Assembly (NCBI GenBank): GCA_963776425.1
Contig: CAVZMG010000002.1
Span: 729,820 to 793,819, forward strand
Direction of reading: 5' to 3'
DNA length: 64,000 nt
Source: an uncultured Actinomycetes bacterium
GTDB taxonomy: Bacteria; Actinomycetota; UBA4738; HRBIN12
Shown here: positions 1-9,971 of the stretch, in pieces
Layout of the letters: each line of letters starts with the position of its first letter
Position numbering within the stretch: the first letter of the stretch is position 1
Made by a program: the position numbers and the translations under genes
The notes under the pieces: generated by a model
Told to the model about the DNA's origin: nothing
The model's input: only the letters and a program-made list of their open reading frames with translations
The model's database searches: none

Positions 1-615
1 GCCGCCTCCGTACCGAGTCACGCGGCGTCGTTCGACGGGCTCTCCCGCGCGGACTCCGTATCCGTCGACGCGCACAAGTGGTTGTACCTGCCGAAAGCCT
101 GCGGCGTCGTCCTGGTCCGTGAACACGGAGCCCTCACCCGGGCGTTCGCGCACGAACAGGGCTACCTCCCGCATCAGCAGCACGAGCTGCACGCCGTCGA
201 CATCACGCTCGAGTACTCCCGTCCGTTCCGCGCCTTGAAGCTCTGGCTTGCGTTCCGCGCCCACGGGGCGCCACAGTTCCGAGAGGCGATCGCGCAGAAC
301 CTCCGGGAGGCCGACCTCCTCTACCGAACCGCCGGCGACGCGAGCGACTTCCAGACGATGGCGGAACCACCGCAGCTCTCGATCGTGCCGATCCGTCATA
401 CGCCCGTCGGCGTTGCGGACCTGGACGCGCACAACGCCGCACTGGCCAAGGCGATCCAAGCCGACGGCCGGGTCTACCTGGCCTCGGCGCTGATCGACGG
501 TGAGGTGTGGTTGCGTCCGTGCTTCGTGAACTTCCGGACGACGTCGGACGACGTGCTCGCGATCGTCGACGTCGCACGCGAACTGGGCGAGCGGATCGCG
601 GCGGGGGCGGCGTGA
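1..615 (+). CDS. PLP-dependent group II (aromatic amino acid/glutamate-type) decarboxylase, 5'-truncated by window edge
   Basis: Frame open from base 1: ...ADSVSVDAHKWLYLP (PLP-lysine motif), TLEYSRPFRALKLW, LRPCFVNFRTT. Confidence 0.9.
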   Translation, partial: AASVPSHAASFDGLSRADSVSVDAHKWLYLPKACGVVLVREHGALTRAFAHEQGYLPHQQHELHAVDITLEYSRPFRALKLWLAFRAHGAPQFREAIAQNLREADLLYRTAGDASDFQTMAEPPQLSIVPIRHTPVGVADLDAHNAALAKAIQADGRVYLASALIDGEVWLRPCFVNFRTTSDDVLAIVDVARELGERIAAGAA

Positions 616-1109
616 GCGACGATCTGCTCCCCGCCGAACGCAAGGTCCTGGAGGCGCTCGGTGATCGCGAGCTCGACTTCCCGGCTATGTGGGCTGTCTC
701 GAACCTGTTCCGGTCCTCGGCCGCGATCCGTCGTCACATGGAGGCGAACGTGCTGGCGGCGGACCGGCTGTCGTGGACGGCGTTCACCGGGCTCTGGGTG
801 CTGTGGATCTGGGGCGAGATGGAATCCCGCGACTTCGCGCAGGCGGTCGGCATCAGCCGGCCCACCGCGACCGGCGTCGTCAGCACGCTCGAGGGCCGCG
901 GGTACGTCCGGCGCCGGAAGGACGCACGCGACGGACGGATGGTCCTCATCTCGCTCACGACCAAGGGGAAACGGAAGATCGAACAGCTGTTCCCGCGGTT
1001 CAACGCCGAGGAGGTCGCGGTCACGTCGCATCTGGACGCGGCGCAGCGCGAGGCGCTCGCCGGAATGCTCCGCTCGATGTATCGAGCCGTCGATGGCCGC
1101 CGCGACTAG
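612..1109 (+). CDS. MarR-family transcriptional regulator
   Basis: GTG overlapping upstream TGA; wHTH ...SRPTATGVVSTLEGRGYVRRRKDARDGRMVLISLTTKG. Confidence 0.9.
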   Translation: MSDDLLPAERKVLEALGDRELDFPAMWAVSNLFRSSAAIRRHMEANVLAADRLSWTAFTGLWVLWIWGEMESRDFAQAVGISRPTATGVVSTLEGRGYVRRRKDARDGRMVLISLTTKGKRKIEQLFPRFNAEEVAVTSHLDAAQREALAGMLRSMYRAVDGRRD

Positions 1110-1124
1110 TCTGAACCGGACTAG
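1106..1124. repeat. 19-bp imperfect palindrome CTAGTCTG-AAC-CGGACTAG at convergent junction (copy 1 of 3)
   Basis: Same motif at 21683-21701 and 34206-34224; contains the stop codons of both flanking genes. Confidence 0.75.
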
Positions 1125-2368
1125 CGGGTCTGCACGCGTACCGGCATCCGCTTGATGCCGTTCACGAAGTTCGACCGGATCCGTTCGACCGGACCCGCGA
1201 GCTCGATCGTCGACAGGCGCGGTAGCAGTTCCTGGAAGAGGATCTTCGTCTCCAGGCGGGCGAGGTGCGCGCCGAGGCAGAAGTGCGGTCCGCCGGGTCC
1301 GAACGTGACGTGGTCGTTCGGCTTGCGCGTGACGTCGAACCGGTAGGGGTCGGGGAAGACCTCTTCGTCGCGGTTCGCGCTGATGTACCACGTGACGACC
1401 TTGTCACCCTGCTTGATCGCCTGGCCGCGGAGCTCCGTGTCGCGCGTCGCCGTGCGGCGGAAGTGCAGCACCGGCGTGGCCCAGCGCAGGATCTCCTCGG
1501 TCGCATCGGTGATCAGCTCGGGCTGCTCCTGCAGCAGGCGCAGCTGTTCTGGGTCCTGCATCAGCGCGAGCATCCCGCTCGTGATCGTGTGTCGGGTCGT
1601 CTCGTTCCCCGCGATCATCAGCAGGGAGAAGTAGTTGTGGAACTCGTGGTCGTTCAACAGGCCCTCGGATTGCGCAACCGTGAGTGCCGAGATCACGTCA
1701 TCGGTGGGCTCCCGTTGACGGAGTTCCTTCTGGCGGTCGGCGTAGGCCCACACCTCGTATGCGGCGGGGGAGCGGAACGGCAGCAGCCGGTACGCTTCGG
1801 TGTCCACCTGGTCCGGAACAGCGTCGGACAGCTCCGGGTCTTGGTTCGCGATCATCTTGTCGCCCCATCGGATCAGCTCCGGCGCGTCGTCCTGCGGCAC
1901 CGTGAAGATCGCGCAGAGGAAGCGGATCGGCAGCTCGCGGCTGATCTCCGACACGAAGTCGAACTCGCCTTCCTGGAGGGCTTGGTCCAACACGTTGCGG
2001 GCCACCTCGCGGATGAAGTCCTCGTACGCCGCCACACCGCGGCCCGAGAACTTCTTCGTGCAGATCCTGCGGAGGCCCGTGTGGCGCGGCGGATCCGTCT
2101 CGAGCATCGTCTTGCGGACCTCGAGCTGTTCGCCGTCGAGCTCCTCCAGCGCGACGGCTCCCGTCTCCGAGGAGTACGTCTGCCAATCCATGTGGACCGC
2201 GGTCAGGTCGTCGTACCGGGTCACGGCCCAGAAGCCCTTGTTGCCCCCAGGTTCCTCATGCCAGCTCACCGGGCGCTCGCGCCGCAGCTCGTCGAACCAC
2301 TCGAACGGAACCCGCTCCACGTAGCTGTCGGGGTTCACGAGATCGATCCGATCGAGCGTGGCGCCCAT
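1121..2368 (-). CDS. Cytochrome P450 (CYP124/125/142-like)
   Basis: I-helix IAGNETTRH, EEILR, heme motif FGPGGPHFCLGA; AGAAGGAGGAG RBS before ATG 2368. Confidence 0.93.
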   Translation of the reverse strand: MGATLDRIDLVNPDSYVERVPFEWFDELRRERPVSWHEEPGGNKGFWAVTRYDDLTAVHMDWQTYSSETGAVALEELDGEQLEVRKTMLETDPPRHTGLRRICTKKFSGRGVAAYEDFIREVARNVLDQALQEGEFDFVSEISRELPIRFLCAIFTVPQDDAPELIRWGDKMIANQDPELSDAVPDQVDTEAYRLLPFRSPAAYEVWAYADRQKELRQREPTDDVISALTVAQSEGLLNDHEFHNYFSLLMIAGNETTRHTITSGMLALMQDPEQLRLLQEQPELITDATEEILRWATPVLHFRRTATRDTELRGQAIKQGDKVVTWYISANRDEEVFPDPYRFDVTRKPNDHVTFGPGGPHFCLGAHLARLETKILFQELLPRLSTIELAGPVERIRSNFVNGIKRMPVRVQTR

Positions 2369-2378
2369 GCTCCTCCTT

Positions 2379-3176
2379 CTATGACTCACCCGGGCCGAAC
2401 GCCGTGGAGTCTAGGGCGACCGCCAGGCCGCCGCCGTCGGCCACGAGGACGGCGCCGGTCACGATCGACGACTCCTCCGACGCGAGGAACAGGCAACACG
2501 CGGCGATCTCCTCGGCGGTCGCCGGGCGCCGAAGCGGCACGTCCTTCGTGGCCAGGTCGTACGCGCCCTGACGGTCGAGTCCCTCCGCGTCCGCCAGCCC
2601 GTCCATCTCCTCGTCGGCCATCGGTGTGACCACCCAGCCCGGACACAGCGCGTTCGCCCGGATCCCGCGCGGGCCGTAGTCGACCGCGATCGAGCGCGCG
2701 AGACCGATCAGTCCTGCCTTCGACGTGCCGTACGCGGCCGAGTCGGTGGTGGCCACCAGGCCGTTCACGCTCGACACCATGACGATCGATCCTCCGCCGC
2801 GTTCGAGAAGCGCGGGCAACGCCGCGCGCGTCAACACCAACGGGCCGGTGAGGTTCACGTCGAGCGTCCGCTGCCAGTGTTCGTCGCTCACGTCGCCCGC
2901 CGACCCCCCGAACCCGATGCCGGCGTTGGCGACGACCACATCGAGCCCGCCGAACGCGTCCACCGCGGCGGCGACGGCCTCGGCCGCGTGCGCCGGATCG
3001 CTCGTGTCTCCCGCGACGGCCAGGCCTTCGACCTCCGCAGCCACGGCTTCGATCGGTCCGAGGCGCCGGCCTGTGACGACCACGTTCGCGCCCTCGCGGG
3101 CGAAGAGCCGGGCGGCGGCCGCGCCGATGCCTGATCCGCCACCGCTGATCAGCGCCACCTTGTTCGCGAGTCGCAT
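2379..3176 (-). CDS. Short-chain dehydrogenase/reductase
   Basis: SGGGSGIG Rossmann motif, NAG, YGTSK catalytic motif, NALCPG. Confidence 0.93.
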   Translation of the reverse strand: MRLANKVALISGGGSGIGAAAARLFAREGANVVVTGRRLGPIEAVAAEVEGLAVAGDTSDPAHAAEAVAAAVDAFGGLDVVVANAGIGFGGSAGDVSDEHWQRTLDVNLTGPLVLTRAALPALLERGGGSIVMVSSVNGLVATTDSAAYGTSKAGLIGLARSIAVDYGPRGIRANALCPGWVVTPMADEEMDGLADAEGLDRQGAYDLATKDVPLRRPATAEEIAACCLFLASEESSIVTGAVLVADGGGLAVALDSTAFGPGES

Positions 3177-3246
3177 GAGACCCTCCCTTCAGGTCCGGCA
3201 TAGTCTGCCGTATCCGGCACCGGTCCAACGAACCAGGAGGTTTCCG

Positions 3247-3861
3247 ATGGCACGGATGGAACCGCTCGAGCGTCGGGATCATCCGGAGCTCGAGGAGCTG
3301 TTCACCCTGTACGACGACACGCTCAGCTTCGTCCCCAACAGCTTGTTCACGATGGCGCGGAGGCCCGAGATCCTGCGGGCGTTCAGCGAGCTCATCACGC
3401 AGATCTGGCGAACGGGCACGCTCCCCACGTACCTCAAGCCGTTGATCGGCATCGTTTCGAGCGTGGCTGCCGGATGCCGCTACTGTCAGGCGCACGAGGC
3501 GGTCGACGCGAAGATGCGTGGCGTGGACGACGCGAAGATCGCCGCGATCTGGGACTTCGAGCGATCGTCGCTCTACGACGACGCCGAGCGTGCCGCCCTG
3601 CGGTTCGCGCGGGACGCATCGCTCGTTCCCAACGAGGTGACGCCAGGCAGCTTCGACGAGCTTCGCCAACACTGGGACGACGGCCAGATCGTGGAGATGC
3701 TCGCCGTGATCGGACTCTTCGGATTCCTGAACCGGTGGAACGACTCGATGGCGACCGAGCTGGAGGATCTCCCGTCCCGATTCGCGGCCGATCGCTATGG
3801 CGGTCGTTGGGAAGCTGGGAAGCACGCTGCGGGAGGAGCCGCTACGCCTGCCAGCCCGTGA
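3247..3861 (+). CDS. AhpD/carboxymuconolactone decarboxylase-family protein
   Basis: AGGAGG RBS; VPNSLFTMARRPE, CRYCQAH, GFLNRWND. Confidence 0.88.
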   Translation: MARMEPLERRDHPELEELFTLYDDTLSFVPNSLFTMARRPEILRAFSELITQIWRTGTLPTYLKPLIGIVSSVAAGCRYCQAHEAVDAKMRGVDDAKIAAIWDFERSSLYDDAERAALRFARDASLVPNEVTPGSFDELRQHWDDGQIVEMLAVIGLFGFLNRWNDSMATELEDLPSRFAADRYGGRWEAGKHAAGGAATPASP

Positions 3862-4732
3862 GCTCGGGAGCGTCCGCAACGCGACCCAGCAGATGCAAGC
3901 CCCACGCCCGTTCGATGAGGCCGAGGATCGAGTACTGGTCCACGCGTCCCGAGAGCACGACACCGTGGCCGGCCCCTGGGCCCGCGATCACGCCGGCGAT
4001 GTGCCCGCCGTTCGCCTGGTGGTCGCAGCAGCCGAGGGAGGTCCAGCCCTCGTCGAACACGACGATGACGATCCCGTCCGTCCCGAGCGCGGGCAGGATC
4101 CGCGGGACCCACGTCTGCAGGAACCGATCGCCGATCGCGACCGGACAATCGTGCATGTCGTGACAGATGTTCGGCGAGATCCACGCGAACCGCGGGAGCG
4201 TATCCGCGGTTAGGTCCTGCTTCAGTTGACGAAGCGGAACGACCTGTTGGCAGCGCGTCTGATCGTCGCGGATGTCCCGGTAGTACATGAACGGATCGTG
4301 CTTCATGTAGTACGACCCGCTCCCGACTCCGGTGTAGCACGCGGAGGGGATCGACTCCATGTACGCCTTCCAACCGATGCTCGCGCGGTCGAGCTGGTCG
4401 GTGACGTTGGGCGCGTCCACGAAGCAGGAACTGCAGTCCGACGTGATGCCCTGCGTCGAGCCTGAGGTGAGCGCGAGGTAGTTCGGGAGGCTCGGATGCG
4501 TGACGGCGAACAGATGGGTGAGGGTCACACCATCCGTCGCGAGCGACCGGAGGTACGGGGCGTCCGAGCCGGTGCTCATGACCGAGTCGTACTCGTGGTT
4601 CTCCATGACGATCACGACGATGTGGCTCGGACCCGTGGTGCGTGGAGGGCTCGGCGCGGAGGCCGTCTGCCAGGCCACGCTCGTGAGCACGGCGAACAGG
4701 GCGAGGACGATGGGGAAGCGGGCGCGGAGCAT
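3842..4732 (-). CDS. Secreted phosphoesterase (acid phosphatase SapM-like)
   Basis: Signal peptide; HIVVIVMENH, THPSLPNYLAL, KHDPF, DMHD, VVFDE. Confidence 0.88.
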   Translation of the reverse strand: MLRARFPIVLALFAVLTSVAWQTASAPSPPRTTGPSHIVVIVMENHEYDSVMSTGSDAPYLRSLATDGVTLTHLFAVTHPSLPNYLALTSGSTQGITSDCSSCFVDAPNVTDQLDRASIGWKAYMESIPSACYTGVGSGSYYMKHDPFMYYRDIRDDQTRCQQVVPLRQLKQDLTADTLPRFAWISPNICHDMHDCPVAIGDRFLQTWVPRILPALGTDGIVIVVFDEGWTSLGCCDHQANGGHIAGVIAGPGAGHGVVLSGRVDQYSILGLIERAWGLHLLGRVADAPELTGWQA

Positions 4733-4777
4733 CGGTTGAAGCAAGGGTACGCCCGGAGACAGGATCCGGGCGGGAGG

Positions 4778-6094
4778 TCAGTGGAACGGGAGGTAGTAGT
4801 CGAGCTCCCAGCGCGTGATGTCGATCGTCGCCGGATCCGCACCGGAAGCTAGGTAGCGCTCCCACTCGGCGCGCTTGAGGATCGTGAACGCCTCCACCAG
4901 CTCCGGACCGAGCGCGTCGACCAGCTCACGGTCGGCGGCCAGGGCGTTCAGCGCCGCCTCCAGGCTGGGTGGGATGCGGACCTCCGTGTTCGGCTCGCCT
5001 GCCACCGGCTGGGGTGGCGGCAGTGGGAGCTCGTGCTCAACGCCCAGTCGGGCGGCATGAAGGATCGCCGCGGCCGCGAGGTACGGGTTCGCGGCGGCGT
5101 CCGATGTGCGCTGCTCCAGGCGGGTGCCTGCCCCGCGGGTCGGGGGGACGCGCACGGTGACGCTGCGGTCGTCGTGGCCCCAGTTCGCCCAGTAGCCGTT
5201 CAGCATGTCCGGTTGCAGGCGTTTGTACGCGTTCACGTGTGGCGCCAGGATCGCGGCCATGCCCTCGTGGTGCGCGAGCAGCCCCGCGATGCATCGACGG
5301 GCAAGCTCCGATAGGCCTTCCGGGTCGTTCGGATCGTGGAACGCGTTGGATCCGTCCTCGCGCCGGAACGAGAAGTTCACGTGAAGACCGCTCCCGCCCC
5401 GATCGCCCAACGGCCGCCCGAGGAACGTCGCGAGGAAGCCGCGGCGCTCGCACACCTCTCGGACCAACAGCTTGAACAAGAACGCCTCGTCCGCCGCCGG
5501 GATCGCGTCCGTGTACTTGATGTTCACCTCATACGCGGCGTTGTCGTACTCGCTGCACCAGCTCTCGACCGGGAACCCGGATGCGAGCGCCGTGTTCACC
5601 ACCTCGTCGATGACCCCGGTCGGATCGACCGACATCCCCGTCCCGTACACGCGATGGCCGGGCACGGCGACGGCCCGCCAGCCGAACCCGTCCGGGTCGT
5701 CTTCGGGCTCCAACAGGTAGAACTCGAGCTCGAAGGCCACCTGCGGCTCCAGACCCATCGCCTGCCAGGGCCGGCAGGCATCGCGGAGCGCGCGGCGCGT
5801 GTCCCAGACGGCCGGCTCGCCGTGCGACTCGAGGTCGGCGATCCCGACGAGCGTGTCCGGCTCCCAACTGGTCCGCAACGACGTCGGGTCGATCGTCGCC
5901 TCCACGTCGTGCAGGCCCACGTCGAACTGCGTCCGCGGGACGTTCAGGATCTCCTTGTCGTGCGTGAGCGGATAGACGCCGATGCAGAACGCTGCGATGC
6001 CCGCCGCCGCACCCTCGCCGTAGAGGTACTTGCCGCGTTCCAGCCCGTGGATGTCCGGGTAGAGGAGCCTCACGCGCTTGCCCTGCGTATCCAT
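4778..6094 (-). CDS. Glutamine synthetase-like gamma-glutamyl ligase
   Basis: DIHGLERGK, FELEFYL, YEVNIKY, GSGLHVNFS, NAYKRL, WGHDDRS, RLEQR. Confidence 0.9.
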   Translation of the reverse strand: MDTQGKRVRLLYPDIHGLERGKYLYGEGAAAGIAAFCIGVYPLTHDKEILNVPRTQFDVGLHDVEATIDPTSLRTSWEPDTLVGIADLESHGEPAVWDTRRALRDACRPWQAMGLEPQVAFELEFYLLEPEDDPDGFGWRAVAVPGHRVYGTGMSVDPTGVIDEVVNTALASGFPVESWCSEYDNAAYEVNIKYTDAIPAADEAFLFKLLVREVCERRGFLATFLGRPLGDRGGSGLHVNFSFRREDGSNAFHDPNDPEGLSELARRCIAGLLAHHEGMAAILAPHVNAYKRLQPDMLNGYWANWGHDDRSVTVRVPPTRGAGTRLEQRTSDAAANPYLAAAAILHAARLGVEHELPLPPPQPVAGEPNTEVRIPPSLEAALNALAADRELVDALGPELVEAFTILKRAEWERYLASGADPATIDITRWELDYYLPFH

Positions 6095-6204
6095 CCCACC
6101 CCTCCGCTCAGGACGATCGCACGGTAGCCGACCGCGTCGTCTTGCGCACCGGAATCGTTCGGGCCCAAAATACCCCATCTCCGCGACCCCACGGGAGGGG
6201 TGTT

Positions 6205-7383
6205 GTGACGGTCGGCGACGCCATCACGCTCGAGCAACTGGAGGCCGACCCGTACCCCGTGTACGCGCGTCTCCGCGACGAGGAACCCGTCGCTTGGGTC
6301 CCCGCCGTGCAGCTCTGGCTGGTGACGCGCTACGACGATGTCCGCACCGTGGGGACGTCGCCCGACCTGTTCACCGCCGCCACCGATCCGTCGACGCTGA
6401 ACCGCACGATGGGAACGAACATGCTCGGCTCCGAAGGCGAGGATCAACAGCGGATCCGGCGGATCACCGAGACCCCGTTCCGGCCCCGTGACGTAGAGGA
6501 GCGGACCCAGGGGATGATCCCTGCGCTCGCGAACCAGCTGGTCGACGGCTTCATCGAGCGTGGCGAGGTGGACCTGTTCACGCGATACGCCGACCCGATG
6601 TCCGTGCAGGCGCTCCGTTCCCTGCTGGGTCTGGGTGAGGTGCCGTGGCAGGACCTGCTCCGCTGGAACCGAGGGATGATGCCCGGGCTCGCCAACTTCG
6701 AGGGGAACCCGGAGAAGCAGGAACCGGCCGATCGCGCGAGCGCCGAGCTCGGAGCCGCGATCGAACGCGTCCTGGATCGGTTGCAGGATGAGCCCGACGG
6801 CTCGGTCCTGTCGTGGATGCTGCACCACGACGCCGGTGGCGACCGGATGAGCCGGGAGGAGATCGTCGCGAACACGAAGCTGATGCTCTCGGGCGGATTG
6901 CAGGAACCTCGCGATCTGATCGCGCTCGTGGTCTGGGCGCTCGGCTGCCATCCCGAACAGCTGGAGGCCGTGCGGAACGACCACGCGTTGATCAAGCCCG
7001 CGGTCGAGGAGACGCTCCGCTGGGTCGGTCCCGTCGGCACCGCGACGCGGCAGGTCACCCGCTCCACCGAGCTCGCGGGGGTGACCCTCGCCGAGGGTGC
7101 GCTGATCGGCGCCGTGCTCTCGTCGGCCGGACGCGACGAGCGGCGGTTCTCCGACCCCGACCGGTTCGACATCGGCCGCAAACAGGGTGCGCATCTCGCG
7201 TTCTCGATCGGGACCCACTTCTGCCTGGGTGCCTGGTTCGGTCGCCACCTGGCGCGGGTCTCGCTGGAGATCCTGCTGGAGCGCTTGCCGAACCTCCGCC
7301 TGGATCCGGACCGACCCGTCACGCTCTCGGGATGGGAGTTCCGCGCACCGGATTCCACGTGGGTCCGGTGGGACGTCGCATGA
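6205..7383 (+). CDS. Cytochrome P450 with QE I-helix (CYP255/GcoA-like)
   Basis: DPYPVYARLR, I-helix LSGGLQEP, EETLR, FSIGTHFCLG. Confidence 0.9.
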   Translation: MTVGDAITLEQLEADPYPVYARLRDEEPVAWVPAVQLWLVTRYDDVRTVGTSPDLFTAATDPSTLNRTMGTNMLGSEGEDQQRIRRITETPFRPRDVEERTQGMIPALANQLVDGFIERGEVDLFTRYADPMSVQALRSLLGLGEVPWQDLLRWNRGMMPGLANFEGNPEKQEPADRASAELGAAIERVLDRLQDEPDGSVLSWMLHHDAGGDRMSREEIVANTKLMLSGGLQEPRDLIALVVWALGCHPEQLEAVRNDHALIKPAVEETLRWVGPVGTATRQVTRSTELAGVTLAEGALIGAVLSSAGRDERRFSDPDRFDIGRKQGAHLAFSIGTHFCLGAWFGRHLARVSLEILLERLPNLRLDPDRPVTLSGWEFRAPDSTWVRWDVA

Positions 7384-8525
7384 AGCCCCGATATCCCGCC
7401 CGAGCGGAGACCGTGGGGAGCCTGCTCCGGCCGGCTCCGCTCAAGCGGGCGATGGAGGCGTTCTACGCGCCCGGTCACTCCGCGGTGTTGGACGAGGAGC
7501 GAGAGAAGGACCGCACCGAGCTGCGCGCGCTCGAGGACGGGGCGATCCGCGCGGCGATCGCGCGGCAGATCGACGCGGGCCTCGACGTGGTCACCGACGG
7601 CGAGTTCCGGCGGTGGATGTTCATGAACTCGTTCTACGACGCGGTCGAGGGTGTGCGGACCGGCAAGACCGTGACGTTCCGGAACGACCGCGGCGTGGAC
7701 GTGCAGCTGAACATCCACGAGATCGTCGACCGGCTGCGTCCCGTGGACTCGCCCGCGGCGCGCGAGGCGGCGTTCTTGGCCGAGGCGACCGAGGGCTACC
7801 CCTTCAAGGTGACGTTCCCTGCTGCGTCGATCTTCACGCACCCGCTCACGACGGTCTCCGGTTCCGGCGGTGAGGGCTACGACTCGCTCGAGGCGTTCGT
7901 CGAGCACGCGATCGCGATCGAGCGCGGTCTGGTCGCCGAGGCGATCGCTGCCGGAGCGCGAACGATCCAGTTCGACTTCCCGCTGTATCCGTACCTGGTC
8001 GATCCCGCGTGGATCGAGCGGTTCGAGGCGGCGGGGCACGTCGTCGACGACCTGGTCGACCGTGCGGTCGCAGCCGATGTCGCCGTCCTCACGGGTGTTC
8101 CGGACGACATCACCGTCGGCCTGCACATCTGCCGAGGCAACTATCGCTCGTCATGGATGTGCGAGGGATCGCTCGAGCCGTTGGCCGAGCGGGTGTTCGC
8201 AGGACTGCCCTACGACACGTTCCTCGTCGAGTGGGACGATCGCGGGCGCGATGGCAGCTACGAACCGATCCGCTTCCTCCGCGACGATGCGGTGCTGGTG
8301 ATGGGGATCGTCTCCTCGAAGGTCCGCGAGCTCGAGGACGAGGACGAGCTCGTCCGCCGACTGGACGAGGCCGCCGCGATCGTCGGCGGACTCGATCGGC
8401 TGGCGATCAGTCCGCAGTGCGGGTTCGCGAGCGTGATGATCGGGAACGACACGGATGAAGACACCCAGTGGCGCAAGCTCGAGCTCATCGGTCGGGTCGC
8501 GGACCGTGTGTGGGGCACGGTGTGA
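7380..8525 (+). CDS. Cobalamin-independent methionine synthase II-like (single-barrel) Zn enzyme
   Basis: ETVGSLLRP, VTDGEFRR, HICRGN, ISPQCGFAS. Confidence 0.88.
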   Translation: MKPRYPARAETVGSLLRPAPLKRAMEAFYAPGHSAVLDEEREKDRTELRALEDGAIRAAIARQIDAGLDVVTDGEFRRWMFMNSFYDAVEGVRTGKTVTFRNDRGVDVQLNIHEIVDRLRPVDSPAAREAAFLAEATEGYPFKVTFPAASIFTHPLTTVSGSGGEGYDSLEAFVEHAIAIERGLVAEAIAAGARTIQFDFPLYPYLVDPAWIERFEAAGHVVDDLVDRAVAADVAVLTGVPDDITVGLHICRGNYRSSWMCEGSLEPLAERVFAGLPYDTFLVEWDDRGRDGSYEPIRFLRDDAVLVMGIVSSKVRELEDEDELVRRLDEAAAIVGGLDRLAISPQCGFASVMIGNDTDEDTQWRKLELIGRVADRVWGTV

Positions 8526-9193
8526 GGGTCCTCGTCCTGAAGCCGCACCGCCTCTCGCTCATGGGGCACATCGGCGACGCGTTGGACGAGCGCGGCGCCG
8601 AGCTCGTCGATCACGTGCTCTCGGAGGACGTCGCACCACCGCCGGACCCGGCCGGCTTCGCCGCGGTGCTGGTGATGGGCTCCCCGTGGTCGGTCTACGG
8701 CGAGGAGGTCGAGCCGTGGATCGCCGGGGCGCTCGACTCGATCCGCGCGGCCGTCGCCTCCGATGTACCCGTCCTGGGGGTCTGTTTCGGCGCGCAGGCG
8801 TTCGCCCATGCGATGGGCGGCCGTGCGCGGCCCGCGGACGATCACGAGGTCGGGTGGCGTGAGGTCCAGACGGATGATCCGGCGATGATCCCGACCGGCC
8901 CGTGGTTCATGTGGCACGGAGACACGTTCGATCTCCCGCCCGGCGCCGACGCGATCGCGCGGACGCCGATCGGGATCCAAGCGTTCACGATGGGGCCTCA
9001 CCTCTGCGTCCAGTTCCACCCGGAGGCGACGCCGGAGATCGTCGCCGCCTGGTTCGCGCACGACGACGGAGATTTCCGTCGGGCGGGGGTCGAGCCCAGC
9101 GACGTTCTGGACGAGACCCGCGCCCGCGAACCGGAGGCGCGCACACGGGCGGCCGCGCTCGTCGAGCGGTTCCTGGACGGTTCCGCCCGCTAG
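8522..9193 (+). CDS. Class I glutamine amidotransferase / gamma-glutamyl hydrolase
   Basis: PVLGVCFGAQ nucleophile elbow, WHGD, VQFHPE. Confidence 0.9.
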   Translation: MRVLVLKPHRLSLMGHIGDALDERGAELVDHVLSEDVAPPPDPAGFAAVLVMGSPWSVYGEEVEPWIAGALDSIRAAVASDVPVLGVCFGAQAFAHAMGGRARPADDHEVGWREVQTDDPAMIPTGPWFMWHGDTFDLPPGADAIARTPIGIQAFTMGPHLCVQFHPEATPEIVAAWFAHDDGDFRRAGVEPSDVLDETRAREPEARTRAAALVERFLDGSAR

Positions 9194-9904
9194 GGGGACG
9201 GATCGGGGGCGAGCCCTCGGGCGGCGTTCACCTGGTCGGCGAGGGCCCGCGCGAGGCGGTCGGTGAACGCCTGCACGTCCGGCCGGTGCTTAGGGTCGCC
9301 CACGGCATCGATCGGTGGTCCGAACGCCACGCCGACCGCGGGCCGTGCCGGCGATCGGAAGTGCAGCCCGGCCTTCGGGTAGCGGCGCTGCGGTCCCCAC
9401 AGACCGACCGGGATCACCGGGCACCCGGCGAGCAACGCGATGCGCGCGGGTCCCTTCTGGATCGGGAGCAGCTCCTCGCCCGTTCCGACGGTTCCCTCCG
9501 GGGCGATCCCACAGAGCCAACCCCCGCGGATCAACCCGGCCATCTCCTCGAGCGGATCCCACGCGCCGGCGCCGCGACGGATCGGGATCTGGCGGAGGCC
9601 GGTGAGCGCGCGACCCATCATGGGCCGCTCGAAGTCCTCGGAGAGCGCGAAGCAGCGGACGATCCGATCCTTCCTCAAGACCGGGATCGCGACGAAGATC
9701 GCATCGATGACGCTGACGTGGTTGTACGCGAGGAGCGCCCCGCCACGAGCGGGGATGTGGTGCTGGCCGGAGACGCGGATCCTGAACGAGGCCTTGGCGA
9801 TCGACCCGACGGTGCCGCCGGCGACCAGCCACCATGCATCGCGCTCGCGCGCCGTCGCAACGGTCCTGACCTGCGTCGCCCCCGTGGCCCGCTCCTCTCT
9901 CCAT
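9190..9904 (-). CDS. Lysophospholipid acyltransferase (PlsC family); start uncertain, probable 1-nt error near 9900
   Basis: YNHVSVID, APEGT, VIPVG motifs; no in-frame start codon, nearest ATG (9904) is one base out of frame. Confidence 0.75.
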
Positions 9905-9971
9905 CGAGCCGCGAGAAGGCTACACCAGGGATCCGCCAGGGGCAGGAAGCCCTCCGGCCGCCAGGCAGTCG

